Shown in pieces: positions 7,736 to 16,258 of a stretch of DNA of 64,000 nucleotides; position 1 is the first letter of the stretch; the number at the start of each line of letters is the position of its first letter. This DNA comes from a virus (Duplodnaviria > Caudoviricetes). A model generated the notes under the pieces. That model was not told the origin of the DNA, ran no database searches, and worked only from the letters and a program-made list of their open reading frames with translations. The translations under genes and the position numbers were made by a program. The stretch lies in IMG/VR virus record IMGVR_UViG_3300015608_002132, positions 32,001 to 96,000 of that record. The stretch is one strand, 5' to 3'.

Positions 7736-7764
7736 ACTGTACAGCGCGATGAAAAACCTGTCAA
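7736..7764 (-). promoter_or_regulatory. sigma70-type promoter for the KTSC gene
   Basis: TTGACA-N17-TACAGT. Confidence 0.7.
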
Positions 7765-7790
7765 GCTGTATGACATCACGGACATAATCG

Positions 7791-8153
7791 ATGGCGACGG
7801 ACATAGAACTCGGCAAACGATGCGAAATTGCTAGCAAAGCGCATCAGAACAATCATCATATACATGTCGTTGTTTATCATGATGACATCGAAAACATAAT
7901 CAAACTCCGTTCATCTATTGTCGGCGGGTTTCTTCCACCGACATTGACGACCTATAGTTTAATGACCCAGACTAGCCTACTGCCAAAAGGCACAACGGTC
8001 AGGTCGGCAAACGACAAGTTCGTGCTTATCGACAAGAAAATAGATGAGCACGGAAACTGGTATTATCAGTGTCTATATACTGACGACTATGGCTGGATCA
8101 TTGGTCAGCCTTCAGTTTACCAGATAACAGAATGCAAAGAGAACTTGGAGTAG
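7791..8153 (+). CDS. hypothetical protein (start may be 7962)
   Basis: ORF fills the gap; C-terminal half looks beta-rich. Confidence 0.5.
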   Translation: MATDIELGKRCEIASKAHQNNHHIHVVVYHDDIENIIKLRSSIVGGFLPPTLTTYSLMTQTSLLPKGTTVRSANDKFVLIDKKIDEHGNWYYQCLYTDDYGWIIGQPSVYQITECKENLE

Positions 8154-8166
8154 GAGTAACAACACA

Positions 8167-8385
8167 ATGGCATCAATGAACAATGAACGCGCCCTGCGCC
8201 GTCTGGTTGATCGACTTGAAGAGTTCGTGGAAGAGTTCCAGAACGACATGGAAGCCGACGAGGTTGCGGCTGTTCAGGATGTGATTGCGTTGGCCGACGT
8301 GTTCGCAGACAGACTTGTTGACGGGTCGGAAGATGAAGTCGACGGTGACCCGTCATCACTCTTTGACGGCAAACTAGACAACTGA
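8167..8385 (+). CDS. small highly acidic protein
   Basis: AGGAG SD upstream; D/E-rich 72 aa. Confidence 0.7.
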   Translation: MASMNNERALRRLVDRLEEFVEEFQNDMEADEVAAVQDVIALADVFADRLVDGSEDEVDGDPSSLFDGKLDN

Positions 8386-9029
8386 AACCACTTGTCAGGT
8401 GGTAGTTTGTACTTCTTGCCGGTGTTGCAACTCAATACAATAACGCTCTTTCTAGTCCAGCTGGTACTGCCGTAAAACTTTCGTCTGTTGACAACGTTGG
8501 ATTGTACCACCAGAGCACCGTGCTCTGAGCGTCTAAATTTCAACATGTCACCCGGCTTGACAGTGTTGTAACGATCTACAATCTCAAGGTCAATGATTTG
8601 GTTTGGCCTATAAAGCCATACGGCGCTGCCCGTCTCGCGCCACGGTGTCGACGCGGTCCTGTCTGCAAAGATCTTGACGCCAAACGCCATGATCCTAATA
8701 CGCCTACGCTTGGACTCGTACTGGTCGATCTCTTGTTTGGTGGCCAGATGTACGTACTTTCCGCCAGCAAACACCACGAGTGAAGTTATCTGTGCAACAT
8801 AGCTGTCGACAGACAGCGATCCAAACATTTCATCGAGTGACTTACCATAAGTCCCGACAATAGCGTCTTTCTTGTATGACTTTGAATGGCTGCTAAGTTT
8901 CATGACTCGCTTCCACCACTCGTCAAAGTCAACTTCTGCGTCTTGTGGTTTGTTGTATACAAACGCTTCAGTCAAGACTCTCAGCTTGACCAGCTTACCG
9001 AACGTGTTTTTGCTGTTTCGGATGGCCAC
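8274..9029 (-). CDS. hypothetical basic protein
   Basis: ORF 8274..9137; in-frame GTG at 9029 lies 6 nt after TACTTA (9036-9041). Confidence 0.65.
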   Translation of the reverse strand: MAIRNSKNTFGKLVKLRVLTEAFVYNKPQDAEVDFDEWWKRVMKLSSHSKSYKKDAIVGTYGKSLDEMFGSLSVDSYVAQITSLVVFAGGKYVHLATKQEIDQYESKRRRIRIMAFGVKIFADRTASTPWRETGSAVWLYRPNQIIDLEIVDRYNTVKPGDMLKFRRSEHGALVVQSNVVNRRKFYGSTSWTRKSVIVLSCNTGKKYKLPPDKWFQLSSLPSKSDDGSPSTSSSDPSTSLSANTSANAITS

Positions 9030-9072
9030 AGGCTTTAAGTATCCATCGGCCTGCGGGGCGTCGGAGGAGGTT

Positions 9073-9435
9073 TTATTCCGTTGTTGTCTTGGCTTTTGCT
9101 GGCTTCTTTTGCGCGGTTTTCGGCCGAACAACGGCAACAGGCGTGGCGACTTCCGTTGCGGTCGGTGCGGTGACCTCGGACTGTGCCGTGGAGATGTGGA
9201 TACCGGTGTTATCAGGTGCCACTAGAAACTCCCCCGCAGAAGCCTCTAGGAGTTTATTCTGTGCCAGTTCTATCTCCGCCAGTAGTTCCGGTGCCAAGAC
9301 CCAGTTGCCTGCCCGTATAAAGCCCTGGAGGGCCTCCGTGCTGCCATTAATGTTGTACCGCTCCAAGAACATTGGCACGGTGAGGCGCTTACGGGCCAGG
9401 AAGCTGCCTAGATCGATCTGCTGCGTAATAGTCAC
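9073..9435 (-). CDS. hypothetical protein with K/A/T-rich tail
   Basis: GTG 9435 overlaps the upstream stop (GTGA). Confidence 0.65.
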   Translation of the reverse strand: MTITQQIDLGSFLARKRLTVPMFLERYNINGSTEALQGFIRAGNWVLAPELLAEIELAQNKLLEASAGEFLVAPDNTGIHISTAQSEVTAPTATEVATPVAVVRPKTAQKKPAKAKTTTE

Positions 9436-9737
9436 TGCGACTGCTCCGTTGATGCTGAGGTTGTGGGTACGCCGAGATCCTGCGCGCACTTATACAGACA
9501 ATCCCCAACCATGTCATGTACGTCCTGTCTGGTCATGAGCGAGTCGGCCAAGTCCTTGGTCACTTCCGCCCCTGCGCGAGCAGCGATGTTACTCATGAGC
9601 TTCCGAATGCTGGTGATCGTGATGTTGCGTGCGGTGGCATGGTTCATTTGGTGGCCGCGTGCTGTTAGCTCTGATGCGATTGTACGAAAATCGGTACCAT
9701 CGATCGTGATATACTTGCCCTGTTTACTGTTCTTCAT
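9432..9737 (-). CDS. stand-alone sigma region-4.2-like HTH protein
   Basis: DGTDFRTIASELTARGHQMNHATARNITITSIRKL resembles the sigma 4.2 pattern (TLEEIGxxxxVSRERVRQIExKALRKL). Confidence 0.6.
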   Translation of the reverse strand: MKNSKQGKYITIDGTDFRTIASELTARGHQMNHATARNITITSIRKLMSNIAARAGAEVTKDLADSLMTRQDVHDMVGDCLYKCAQDLGVPTTSASTEQSQ

Positions 9738-9769
9738 TTGGATTGACTTGCTCTCTGGTTTGTATGTTG

Positions 9770-10726
9770 TTACGATTGTTGTGTGCCGTACTTGGCTCTA
9801 AGCGCATACACAAACTTATCCGGCGCGATCCCATATCGCAACAGGACAACGTACAGTTCACGATCTGACAGGTCTGCAAGAGCGCGCAGCATCAGTGTGT
9901 CCGTGTGCTTGTCTTGCACCGCGTCGTCCATTAGGCTGCGTCCATCAACATGCAAGTATGACGCGCCTGCGCGCGGTGACAGTTTACGCTCGACGGCAGC
10001 TATACCGCCGCGATTCTGTGATGTAGGAGTTGCAGGGTCCAAGTCAAGTGACACGGTCCTGTAATGCCTTACCATCTCGGATGCGCACACTGCGTCGAAC
10101 ATGTTTTCCGTGAGCCCAAGCTGCTTGATCATCTCTGGTGTTACATCGGACATCTTGTCAAGCTGATTGGCTGCCATTGTGTCCTTGATCTTATTGCTTG
10201 CGCTCCTCACGTGTGCTGGGACTGTGATCAGTGGATCGTCCGAGAGAAGGTACCGATTGATCGCCTGTCGAATCCACCACGTTGCATATGTTGAGAACTT
10301 GTACCCAAGCTCCGGCTTAAAGCCGTCAATCGCATCAAGAAGTCCGAAGTTGCCCTCTTGAATCAGATCTTGCTTGATGCTCGCCAGCCTCCGGTGCTTG
10401 CCGTAAAATCGACTAACAACAAACGTGACCAGCCGAGCATTTCGGACTGCCAGCTTGTTTCGCAGTGCCTTGTCTGATGATATCAAGTCACCATTCTCAT
10501 CAAACTTCTTTGTGGCTTGATAGGCCACAAACAGCTCCATGTCCGAGTCGGTGTTGTGTATTGTTGACAGCTTTGAAGTGCTGCCGTCAACCGACGCTGG
10601 CTTGCCGCCAACAAAGTCTTTTTGGCGTTTTTGTGATGGTGTCCTCAGCGCATGAAATATGTCATTCAAGCTGTTTTTTGATGTTTGCGTTTGTTCTTGT
10701 GAGTTGTTGGCGGTGGTGTTCATCAT
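9770..10726 (-). CDS. RpoD-family sigma factor truncated after region 4.1
   Basis: NARLV, DLIQEGNFGLLDAIDGF, GYKFSTYATWWIRQAI, ITVP; ends LSDRELYVVLLRYG plus 19 aa without the HTH. Confidence 0.92.
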   Translation of the reverse strand: MMNTTANNSQEQTQTSKNSLNDIFHALRTPSQKRQKDFVGGKPASVDGSTSKLSTIHNTDSDMELFVAYQATKKFDENGDLISSDKALRNKLAVRNARLVTFVVSRFYGKHRRLASIKQDLIQEGNFGLLDAIDGFKPELGYKFSTYATWWIRQAINRYLLSDDPLITVPAHVRSASNKIKDTMAANQLDKMSDVTPEMIKQLGLTENMFDAVCASEMVRHYRTVSLDLDPATPTSQNRGGIAAVERKLSPRAGASYLHVDGRSLMDDAVQDKHTDTLMLRALADLSDRELYVVLLRYGIAPDKFVYALRAKYGTQQS

Positions 10727-11232
10727 TTCGCTCGTTGCTGTTGTTGCCGTCGTTTATTGGTGCGTGTAGGATCCGGGTCACTATAGAGTGTTGAGTTTGC
10801 TTGCACGTAGCTTTTCAGACAACGCGCTTTCAAGGCATTGAAAGAGCGGTCATCGACAACCAGCTCGTTTTCTATGGCGGCAAGCTCTCCATAATGCCAT
10901 GCTAGCATCTCGCTTTCCAAAAGTGATACCTGTTTGCCAAGTGTGCTGCGTGGTGTGGTGTGCGCATCGTGCATGCGAGCATATATGTGTGCCCTTCTAC
11001 TGTCGTACTTGAAGGTACGGTCGACAATCGAGTGACCCAGCTCGTGCAACAGGTAATTGAACTGAGATCTCTTAGAGCGCGCGTTGTTGATTGTGATGGT
11101 GTTGCCGTCGATCTGATCTTCGGCTCCTCTCACAAATGCAACACTCAACCCTCTAGCCCCGCACAGCTCAACAAGGAGCTTCAGCTGATAAGCCCATAAG
11201 GTCTTGTTGGTTCTCCTATCCGTTGAAGGCAT
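10723..11232 (-). CDS. ImmA/IrrE-like HExxH zinc metallopeptidase
   Basis: LLHELGH...ESEMLAW; start MPSTD follows a promoter; stop overlaps the sigma ATG. Confidence 0.78.
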   Translation of the reverse strand: MPSTDRRTNKTLWAYQLKLLVELCGARGLSVAFVRGAEDQIDGNTITINNARSKRSQFNYLLHELGHSIVDRTFKYDSRRAHIYARMHDAHTTPRSTLGKQVSLLESEMLAWHYGELAAIENELVVDDRSFNALKARCLKSYVQANSTLYSDPDPTRTNKRRQQQQRAK

Positions 11233-11259
11233 GTTCCTGTATGTCCACCTGTATATGAC

Positions 11260-11288
11260 AAGGTAACACGCGGAAATGGCACTGTCAA
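11260..11288 (-). promoter_or_regulatory. sigma70-type promoter for the peptidase-sigma-HTH operon
   Basis: TTGACA-N17-TACCTT. Confidence 0.68.
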
Positions 11289-11314
11289 TGAGTGAAAGAT
11301 TGAAATGTGGACGT

Positions 11315-14300
11315 TTAATACACCCATCCAAACAAACGCCGCGTTTCCATCTCCATCTCGGCGGCCTCTTTTGATACGCCGTATGGCAGTTTCTTGCCAG
11401 CGACTTTTCGGTTTACATCATTGAAGCCGCGGCTCATTCCGGCCAACATTGACATGGCCAGCATTTTGTTGCTCTCTTGCATGTGAAGATAGCCGCCTTG
11501 GGATGCTGATGGCGTGAACATTTGTAGTCCAATGGCTGCGGCCATGATTAAATCATCATGTTTATGTTTTAGTGACTGTCCACGCTTACCAGTCCAGATA
11601 AAAGTTTCCATTTGCTCTACTAGACGCAATGAGTAGAACTTTATCTGTCGGTTCCGAATTACTTGCTCTAGGTTCTCAAGGATCTTCTCGCGATTTTTTT
11701 GAGAAACCGTATAACCAGGATATACCTCGGCCTTCTCTTCCGGTGTCATTCCAAGCATCTTCTCTAGTACCTCTGGGTCGTAATAAAGGTTTGGATACTC
11801 GGAGTTCCTGAGTTGTGTTGCTGTCGCAAGTCCAACAGAGTTCAATTCCGCAACAATGAGTGCGTTGTTATAGCGCCTACCGCACTCCACCATAAAATCA
11901 GCATACTTGTCCGGTGGAATCTTACCCATATACTCCGCTGCAACCTCCGACTCGTTCGTATCGAAGATATGGAATGCCGAGTAGTCGGCCGCATCTCCTC
12001 TTGCCACGTCAGCGGCCAAAACGTACTTGTGATCAGATTGCGGCGTACGCCAGATGTGCATATCGCGTTGAGCCTGTATCTTACCGGCCGGACCTGTAAA
12101 CCCAATAGCTGGGAACGAGAGCTGCCTGACGAAGTCAATGGAGTCTTGCGGGAAGAATGTTGCCGAGCTCCCCTCAAAACCACAGTTTAGTTCCTGTGCA
12201 ATACCTCTAGCGTCGAGAGCGCGGCACTGTTCCTCAAACCACTTGTCATCGCGCTCCGGGTGAACCGTCCAAGGCAGTTTAATTCCGTGGAATCCGTTCT
12301 TGCCAACGCCCTTGCAGTGCTGTCCTACCTTGCCCTGTTCCCATTCGCCGGTCTCTGCGCCTTGCCAAAGTTGATAAAAAAAGTTCTTTCCACTAGGGGT
12401 CTGATGGCCGAGAAACTGCTCGTATATTACCGAGTGGTCCCACTGCGGGTCCGACGGGTCATTTGGGAGTGAAAAATCCATTGTTTCTGACTCCGACTCC
12501 ACGATGGCTTTAATACGCTTCCATACAACATGTGTCGACAGAAGATAATCCGGTACGGTTGTACTTGCCAATTCAGCTAGCCGCTGCAATTCTGCACGAG
12601 TCGGGCTAACGTAACCGTTGGTTATCCGATGAATAGACCAGTTGTACTTCTTAGAAAAAGCAACCGCCGACATTCCAAAAGAGTTGAACGTTTCTCTAAA
12701 CCACACTTGAGCGTATGGCAATGAAACAAAACCATCATTGTTTGATCGTTTAAGCAGAGAAGTTTTTGCCGCGTGAGCCTGTTTGCGCGCAAATCCAAAT
12801 CCAATTTTCTCGAAGAATTTCTTAGCTTCCCAGTGCTCAGCGTGCAGTTGATATGAGTCGTGCCTAAAATAATTCTTCTTAAGATATTTGTTGAGATCAT
12901 TGATCTTACAGCATTGCAATCCGGTTAAGATGCCAAAATTACTCAGAATCGCTCTTGTTTGTTTTGCCAGCTCGGGACTTGATGTACACAAAGAAACGCG
13001 ATGCTTCGATGTAGCAGAGTGTGCCGTGCCATCGCCGTCATACATTCCGCGAACCAGTGCGGCAATCAGCTCTTGTGAGCACTCCAGCAAGCGATCCGGG
13101 ATGCGCTTCTCGTGTGCCTTAAGGCGCAGGTCGAATCCAAGCGACATCATAAACTTTACAAACGATACTGATGAGATGTAATAATGCAAGTTATCATAGG
13201 TTTTAATAGATAATCCATACTTTCTTGATAGATTACCAAGTATCTCAGATAAATCATCGCCACATGTTATTGTAAGCGTCGCACCAACAATTCTACCATC
13301 TTCATGATATTTTACATAGCATGAACCTTCAGCTATATAAAGACCAAAGAAATACATCAAGTCTTCTGTTAATTTCTGTGGTCTGATAAATTTCCGCTTT
13401 TCTTTCGCGGCATACTCGATCACAGGCAGATCGGCCAAGTCATCATTACTGCCCCATACGTCCTGTCCGTAGTATTGCGCGACGTAATGTCGACCTGGAA
13501 TCAAGTCTTTGGACTCGATCCATCTTGGTTTCTCCAGAGGAGTTGTCGTATCGTATGCAAACAGTTTGTGGTTCTGGCTGACCTCGATTGATCCAACAGT
13601 AGTCTCAATGATTCGCGTTGGAACACGACCGTTGTTCCAAACAACGGTGCCGGTTCGCAGCTTGTTCATCCCGCAAACGCTGTATGGAACATCGTGAGTG
13701 TGTGAAGTTTTCTGACTTTGGTTTGCCGCCAGAAACGATCCGATTTTCTTTATTCCACGGCTCGTGTATACCAATGTGTTTGGATTTACACACGAGAATA
13801 TAATAGCTCTGCCACCTGTAGATAATGTGCTGTACAAGCCAAGCCACAGCTCGGAGAGGTTATCAATATGGGCGGCCTCGTCGATAACAAGAAGGCTTAG
13901 AGCCTGGGAACGACCGGCGTCACCAGACGTAGGGATTGCCGTGATCGTTGATCCGTTGTTGAATTTGAGATACTTGACCGACTCGGCTTCTGGGTCGGTG
14001 AGGCCAAGCATTGACAGCATCCAGGCTGGCAGCATCTTAAAGGCGACGCGAATCTTTTGCAGCATCGCCTTGCCCGTCTCCAGCTTTGTGGCCATGAGAA
14101 GGATGTTGGCATCACGCTGAAACATCGCCATCCAAAGGCAATAGGCAGATGTCGTGGTTGACAGGCCAAGCTGCCTGGACTTCAAGACGATGTTCATCTT
14201 GTAGTCGAGGAACGACTCAATACACTCCTCCTGGAACGGGTACAACTCAAACGGCAGACGGCCTTTGGTTGGGTGCTGAATATACAGGTACTTCTTGATG

Positions 14301-14365
14301 AAGTAGATCGGGTTCTCCCCGCACTTAAGGATTTCTTCTAGTTGTTCTTTTTTGTTAAGGGCCAT
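11315..14365 (-). CDS. terL: terminase large subunit (T4 gp17-like) with intein
   Basis: KSRQLGLST Walker A, LLVIDEAAH Walker B, LAADVARG and HDDLIMA nuclease motifs; about 552 aa after splicing. Confidence 0.96.
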   Translation of the reverse strand: MALNKKEQLEEILKCGENPIYFIKKYLYIQHPTKGRLPFELYPFQEECIESFLDYKMNIVLKSRQLGLSTTTSAYCLWMAMFQRDANILLMATKLETGKAMLQKIRVAFKMLPAWMLSMLGLTDPEAESVKYLKFNNGSTITAIPTSGDAGRSQALSLLVIDEAAHIDNLSELWLGLYSTLSTGGRAIIFSCVNPNTLVYTSRGIKKIGSFLAANQSQKTSHTHDVPYSVCGMNKLRTGTVVWNNGRVPTRIIETTVGSIEVSQNHKLFAYDTTTPLEKPRWIESKDLIPGRHYVAQYYGQDVWGSNDDLADLPVIEYAAKEKRKFIRPQKLTEDLMYFFGLYIAEGSCYVKYHEDGRIVGATLTITCGDDLSEILGNLSRKYGLSIKTYDNLHYYISSVSFVKFMMSLGFDLRLKAHEKRIPDRLLECSQELIAALVRGMYDGDGTAHSATSKHRVSLCTSSPELAKQTRAILSNFGILTGLQCCKINDLNKYLKKNYFRHDSYQLHAEHWEAKKFFEKIGFGFARKQAHAAKTSLLKRSNNDGFVSLPYAQVWFRETFNSFGMSAVAFSKKYNWSIHRITNGYVSPTRAELQRLAELASTTVPDYLLSTHVVWKRIKAIVESESETMDFSLPNDPSDPQWDHSVIYEQFLGHQTPSGKNFFYQLWQGAETGEWEQGKVGQHCKGVGKNGFHGIKLPWTVHPERDDKWFEEQCRALDARGIAQELNCGFEGSSATFFPQDSIDFVRQLSFPAIGFTGPAGKIQAQRDMHIWRTPQSDHKYVLAADVARGDAADYSAFHIFDTNESEVAAEYMGKIPPDKYADFMVECGRRYNNALIVAELNSVGLATATQLRNSEYPNLYYDPEVLEKMLGMTPEEKAEVYPGYTVSQKNREKILENLEQVIRNRQIKFYSLRLVEQMETFIWTGKRGQSLKHKHDDLIMAAAIGLQMFTPSASQGGYLHMQESNKMLAMSMLAGMSRGFNDVNRKVAGKKLPYGVSKEAAEMEMETRRLFGWVY
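12401..13792 (-). mobile_element. LAGLIDADG intein (464 aa) ending in His-Gln
   Basis: IIFS|CVNPNT ... GLYIAEG ... RGMYDGDG ... FLGHQ|TPSG; locally more AT-rich. Confidence 0.93.
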
Positions 14366-14422
14366 GTGTTTACCGGTGTTGGTTGTAACTACCGGATCAC
14401 ATGTGTTTGGGACTGAGTCGCG

Positions 14423-14908
14423 TCAGTCGCCGTTGACTTCTGGTTCTTGGGACGGGGAAGTGTTGACGTTGGCCACGCACTCAAGATGATAAATGCATGT
14501 CTTGTTCGTTCGGTAGGCCGACATGCTTACATGCTCCAGCCACTCGCGAATGCTGCTACTATCAACAGTGAGTTTAACGGTTGCTGGCGCTGGCTCAACG
14601 TACGGCTGCTTAGTTCTGGTTGGCAGCTTCGACTCCTTGGCCACGGCATCTTTGTATTGTTGTGCGATGACCTTGAGTCGGTTGCCGATCATATCAAGGA
14701 GCTCCTCGCGATACTTTTTGCGCATCTCGTTGTAAACGTTGGCGCTCGCGATGTTGACGATGATCTGTGACTTGACGACGACGGTGCCTTCAAGTGGCAT
14801 TGTCATCTTGATAAAGTGGTTCGGGTATTGGCGCTCTGAAGATTTACCGAACGAGGTGTCTAGCAGGCCAGACAGAATTCGGTAGCGCTCTTTTTGCTGA
14901 ATTGGCAT
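14423..14908 (-). CDS. hypothetical protein
   Basis: 161-aa ORF with TAGTTA upstream. Confidence 0.75.
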   Translation of the reverse strand: MPIQQKERYRILSGLLDTSFGKSSERQYPNHFIKMTMPLEGTVVVKSQIIVNIASANVYNEMRKKYREELLDMIGNRLKVIAQQYKDAVAKESKLPTRTKQPYVEPAPATVKLTVDSSSIREWLEHVSMSAYRTNKTCIYHLECVANVNTSPSQEPEVNGD

Positions 14909-14937
14909 GGGTGTTACGGTTGGTAACTATCCAGGTG

Positions 14938-15858
14938 CTAAACGGGCGGTTCACAAAAGAGCTCGACGAGTGCGTCGCGTTCGCCAAGTGACTGACGCAT
15001 CATCTGAAGATGAGTTTCGTCCTTACTGCTGTCCACATACCACGGCATCTCTGCCAGTGTAAACGATTCCGGGAACTTAATCGGACTGTTGGTTTGCACT
15101 GGCTGTTGTTCTGACCGATGCCGCAATACATGTACGGCACTGTTGAACTCTTCACCAGCTCCGCCACCGCCGATATTTACCGTTGGTGTTGATGTAACGG
15201 CGATTAGCGTGTCGTTTGTTGGGCGGGTGGCAATTAAGATATCACTCACCGTGCTATTCCCGTATGCTGCCTCATCAACTAAAATCATTCCGGGTCGATA
15301 GCATGGCAGGCCGTTGAGCATCTTGTGGCTATTGACACATACCAAAATCATTTCACCACTCTGATCGCCGCCTTCTTGCGATATAGTGGTGCCTGGGCTG
15401 TGGGCGCGTAACACATTGGCGCCAGCCGACTGTACCCAGTTTATTGTTCTAGTTTGCCGGAGCCACAGTGGCAATTCGTTGTATTGACATATAATAGCAT
15501 CCGTAAACGCTCGGCTTTTCAATAGTGTTTCAATCACAACAATCGAGCGGCCCTGCAATGACTTGTGGCCAAACATCAGTCCCCACAATGCCAGACGCCT
15601 CAGTAGGGTGCTTACCCCCACCTGTCTCGCCTTGTTAATGACAAGGCGTCGCTCGGCGATAAGGCGCTCCACTGCAATCCTCTGATGTGACCTTGCCTGC
15701 ATGGGGGCGCGACCGGTTGGAGCGGTAGGGCTGTTAGTCGTGACGTACGTGGTCATAGTCATGACGTACGTGGTCATAAAATACCACGGATCTTTTGCGC
15801 AGCGGTCTAGTTCTGCCGATATGAGCAGATCGTCGTTGCAATCGGCGGCAAGCATCAC
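14938..15858 (-). CDS. terminase-like ATPase domain protein (no nuclease domain)
   Basis: RCAKDPWYF, KARQVGVST, ILVDEAAY, TSTP, MPWY, ELFCE all align in order with the terminase N-terminal half. Confidence 0.85.
   Translation of the reverse strand: MMLAADCNDDLLISAELDRCAKDPWYFMTTYVMTMTTYVTTNSPTAPTGRAPMQARSHQRIAVERLIAERRLVINKARQVGVSTLLRRLALWGLMFGHKSLQGRSIVVIETLLKSRAFTDAIICQYNELPLWLRQTRTINWVQSAGANVLRAHSPGTTISQEGGDQSGEMILVCVNSHKMLNGLPCYRPGMILVDEAAYGNSTVSDILIATRPTNDTLIAVTSTPTVNIGGGGAGEEFNSAVHVLRHRSEQQPVQTNSPIKFPESFTLAEMPWYVDSSKDETHLQMMRQSLGERDALVELFCEPPV
15735..15778. repeat. 21-bp in-frame tandem duplication
   Basis: tagtcgtgacgtacgtggtca / tagtcatgacgtacgtggtca. Confidence 0.85.
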
Positions 15859-16241
15859 GACCTACTCTCATTGGTGTCCTTAAAGCCAGACACCGTAACA
15901 CTTGGTCGCCAAGCAAGATGTCGCCGAGCAATATACTCACGCCATAAATCTGAGCTCTTGTCTGGTTGAATTCCGTGCAGTCTCCAGTGCAACAGGCACA
16001 TTGCGCAACACCCGTGCGTACGGTATGCCTCGGCGTCTTGTGCCTGTTTCATGGGGTACTCACACAGCCCGCAGATGAATGGCACGATGATGTTGTCGTG
16101 GTCTGAGACAGACGGTTTGATGACAATGAGCTTGCCATCAAGATGTGACGTTACCGTTTTGTCGCCGTGCGAAAACGTGACGCACTGTGGCGTTGCTGGT
16201 AGTGCTTCTGTGTGTTGAGATAATGCTGCCATTGACAGCAT
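15855..16241 (-). CDS. zinc-finger protein
   Basis: CGLC...GCCAMC. Confidence 0.7.
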   Translation of the reverse strand: MLSMAALSQHTEALPATPQCVTFSHGDKTVTSHLDGKLIVIKPSVSDHDNIIVPFICGLCEYPMKQAQDAEAYRTHGCCAMCLLHWRLHGIQPDKSSDLWREYIARRHLAWRPSVTVSGFKDTNESRS

Positions 16242-16258
16242 TGTAAGAACGGCGTGTG

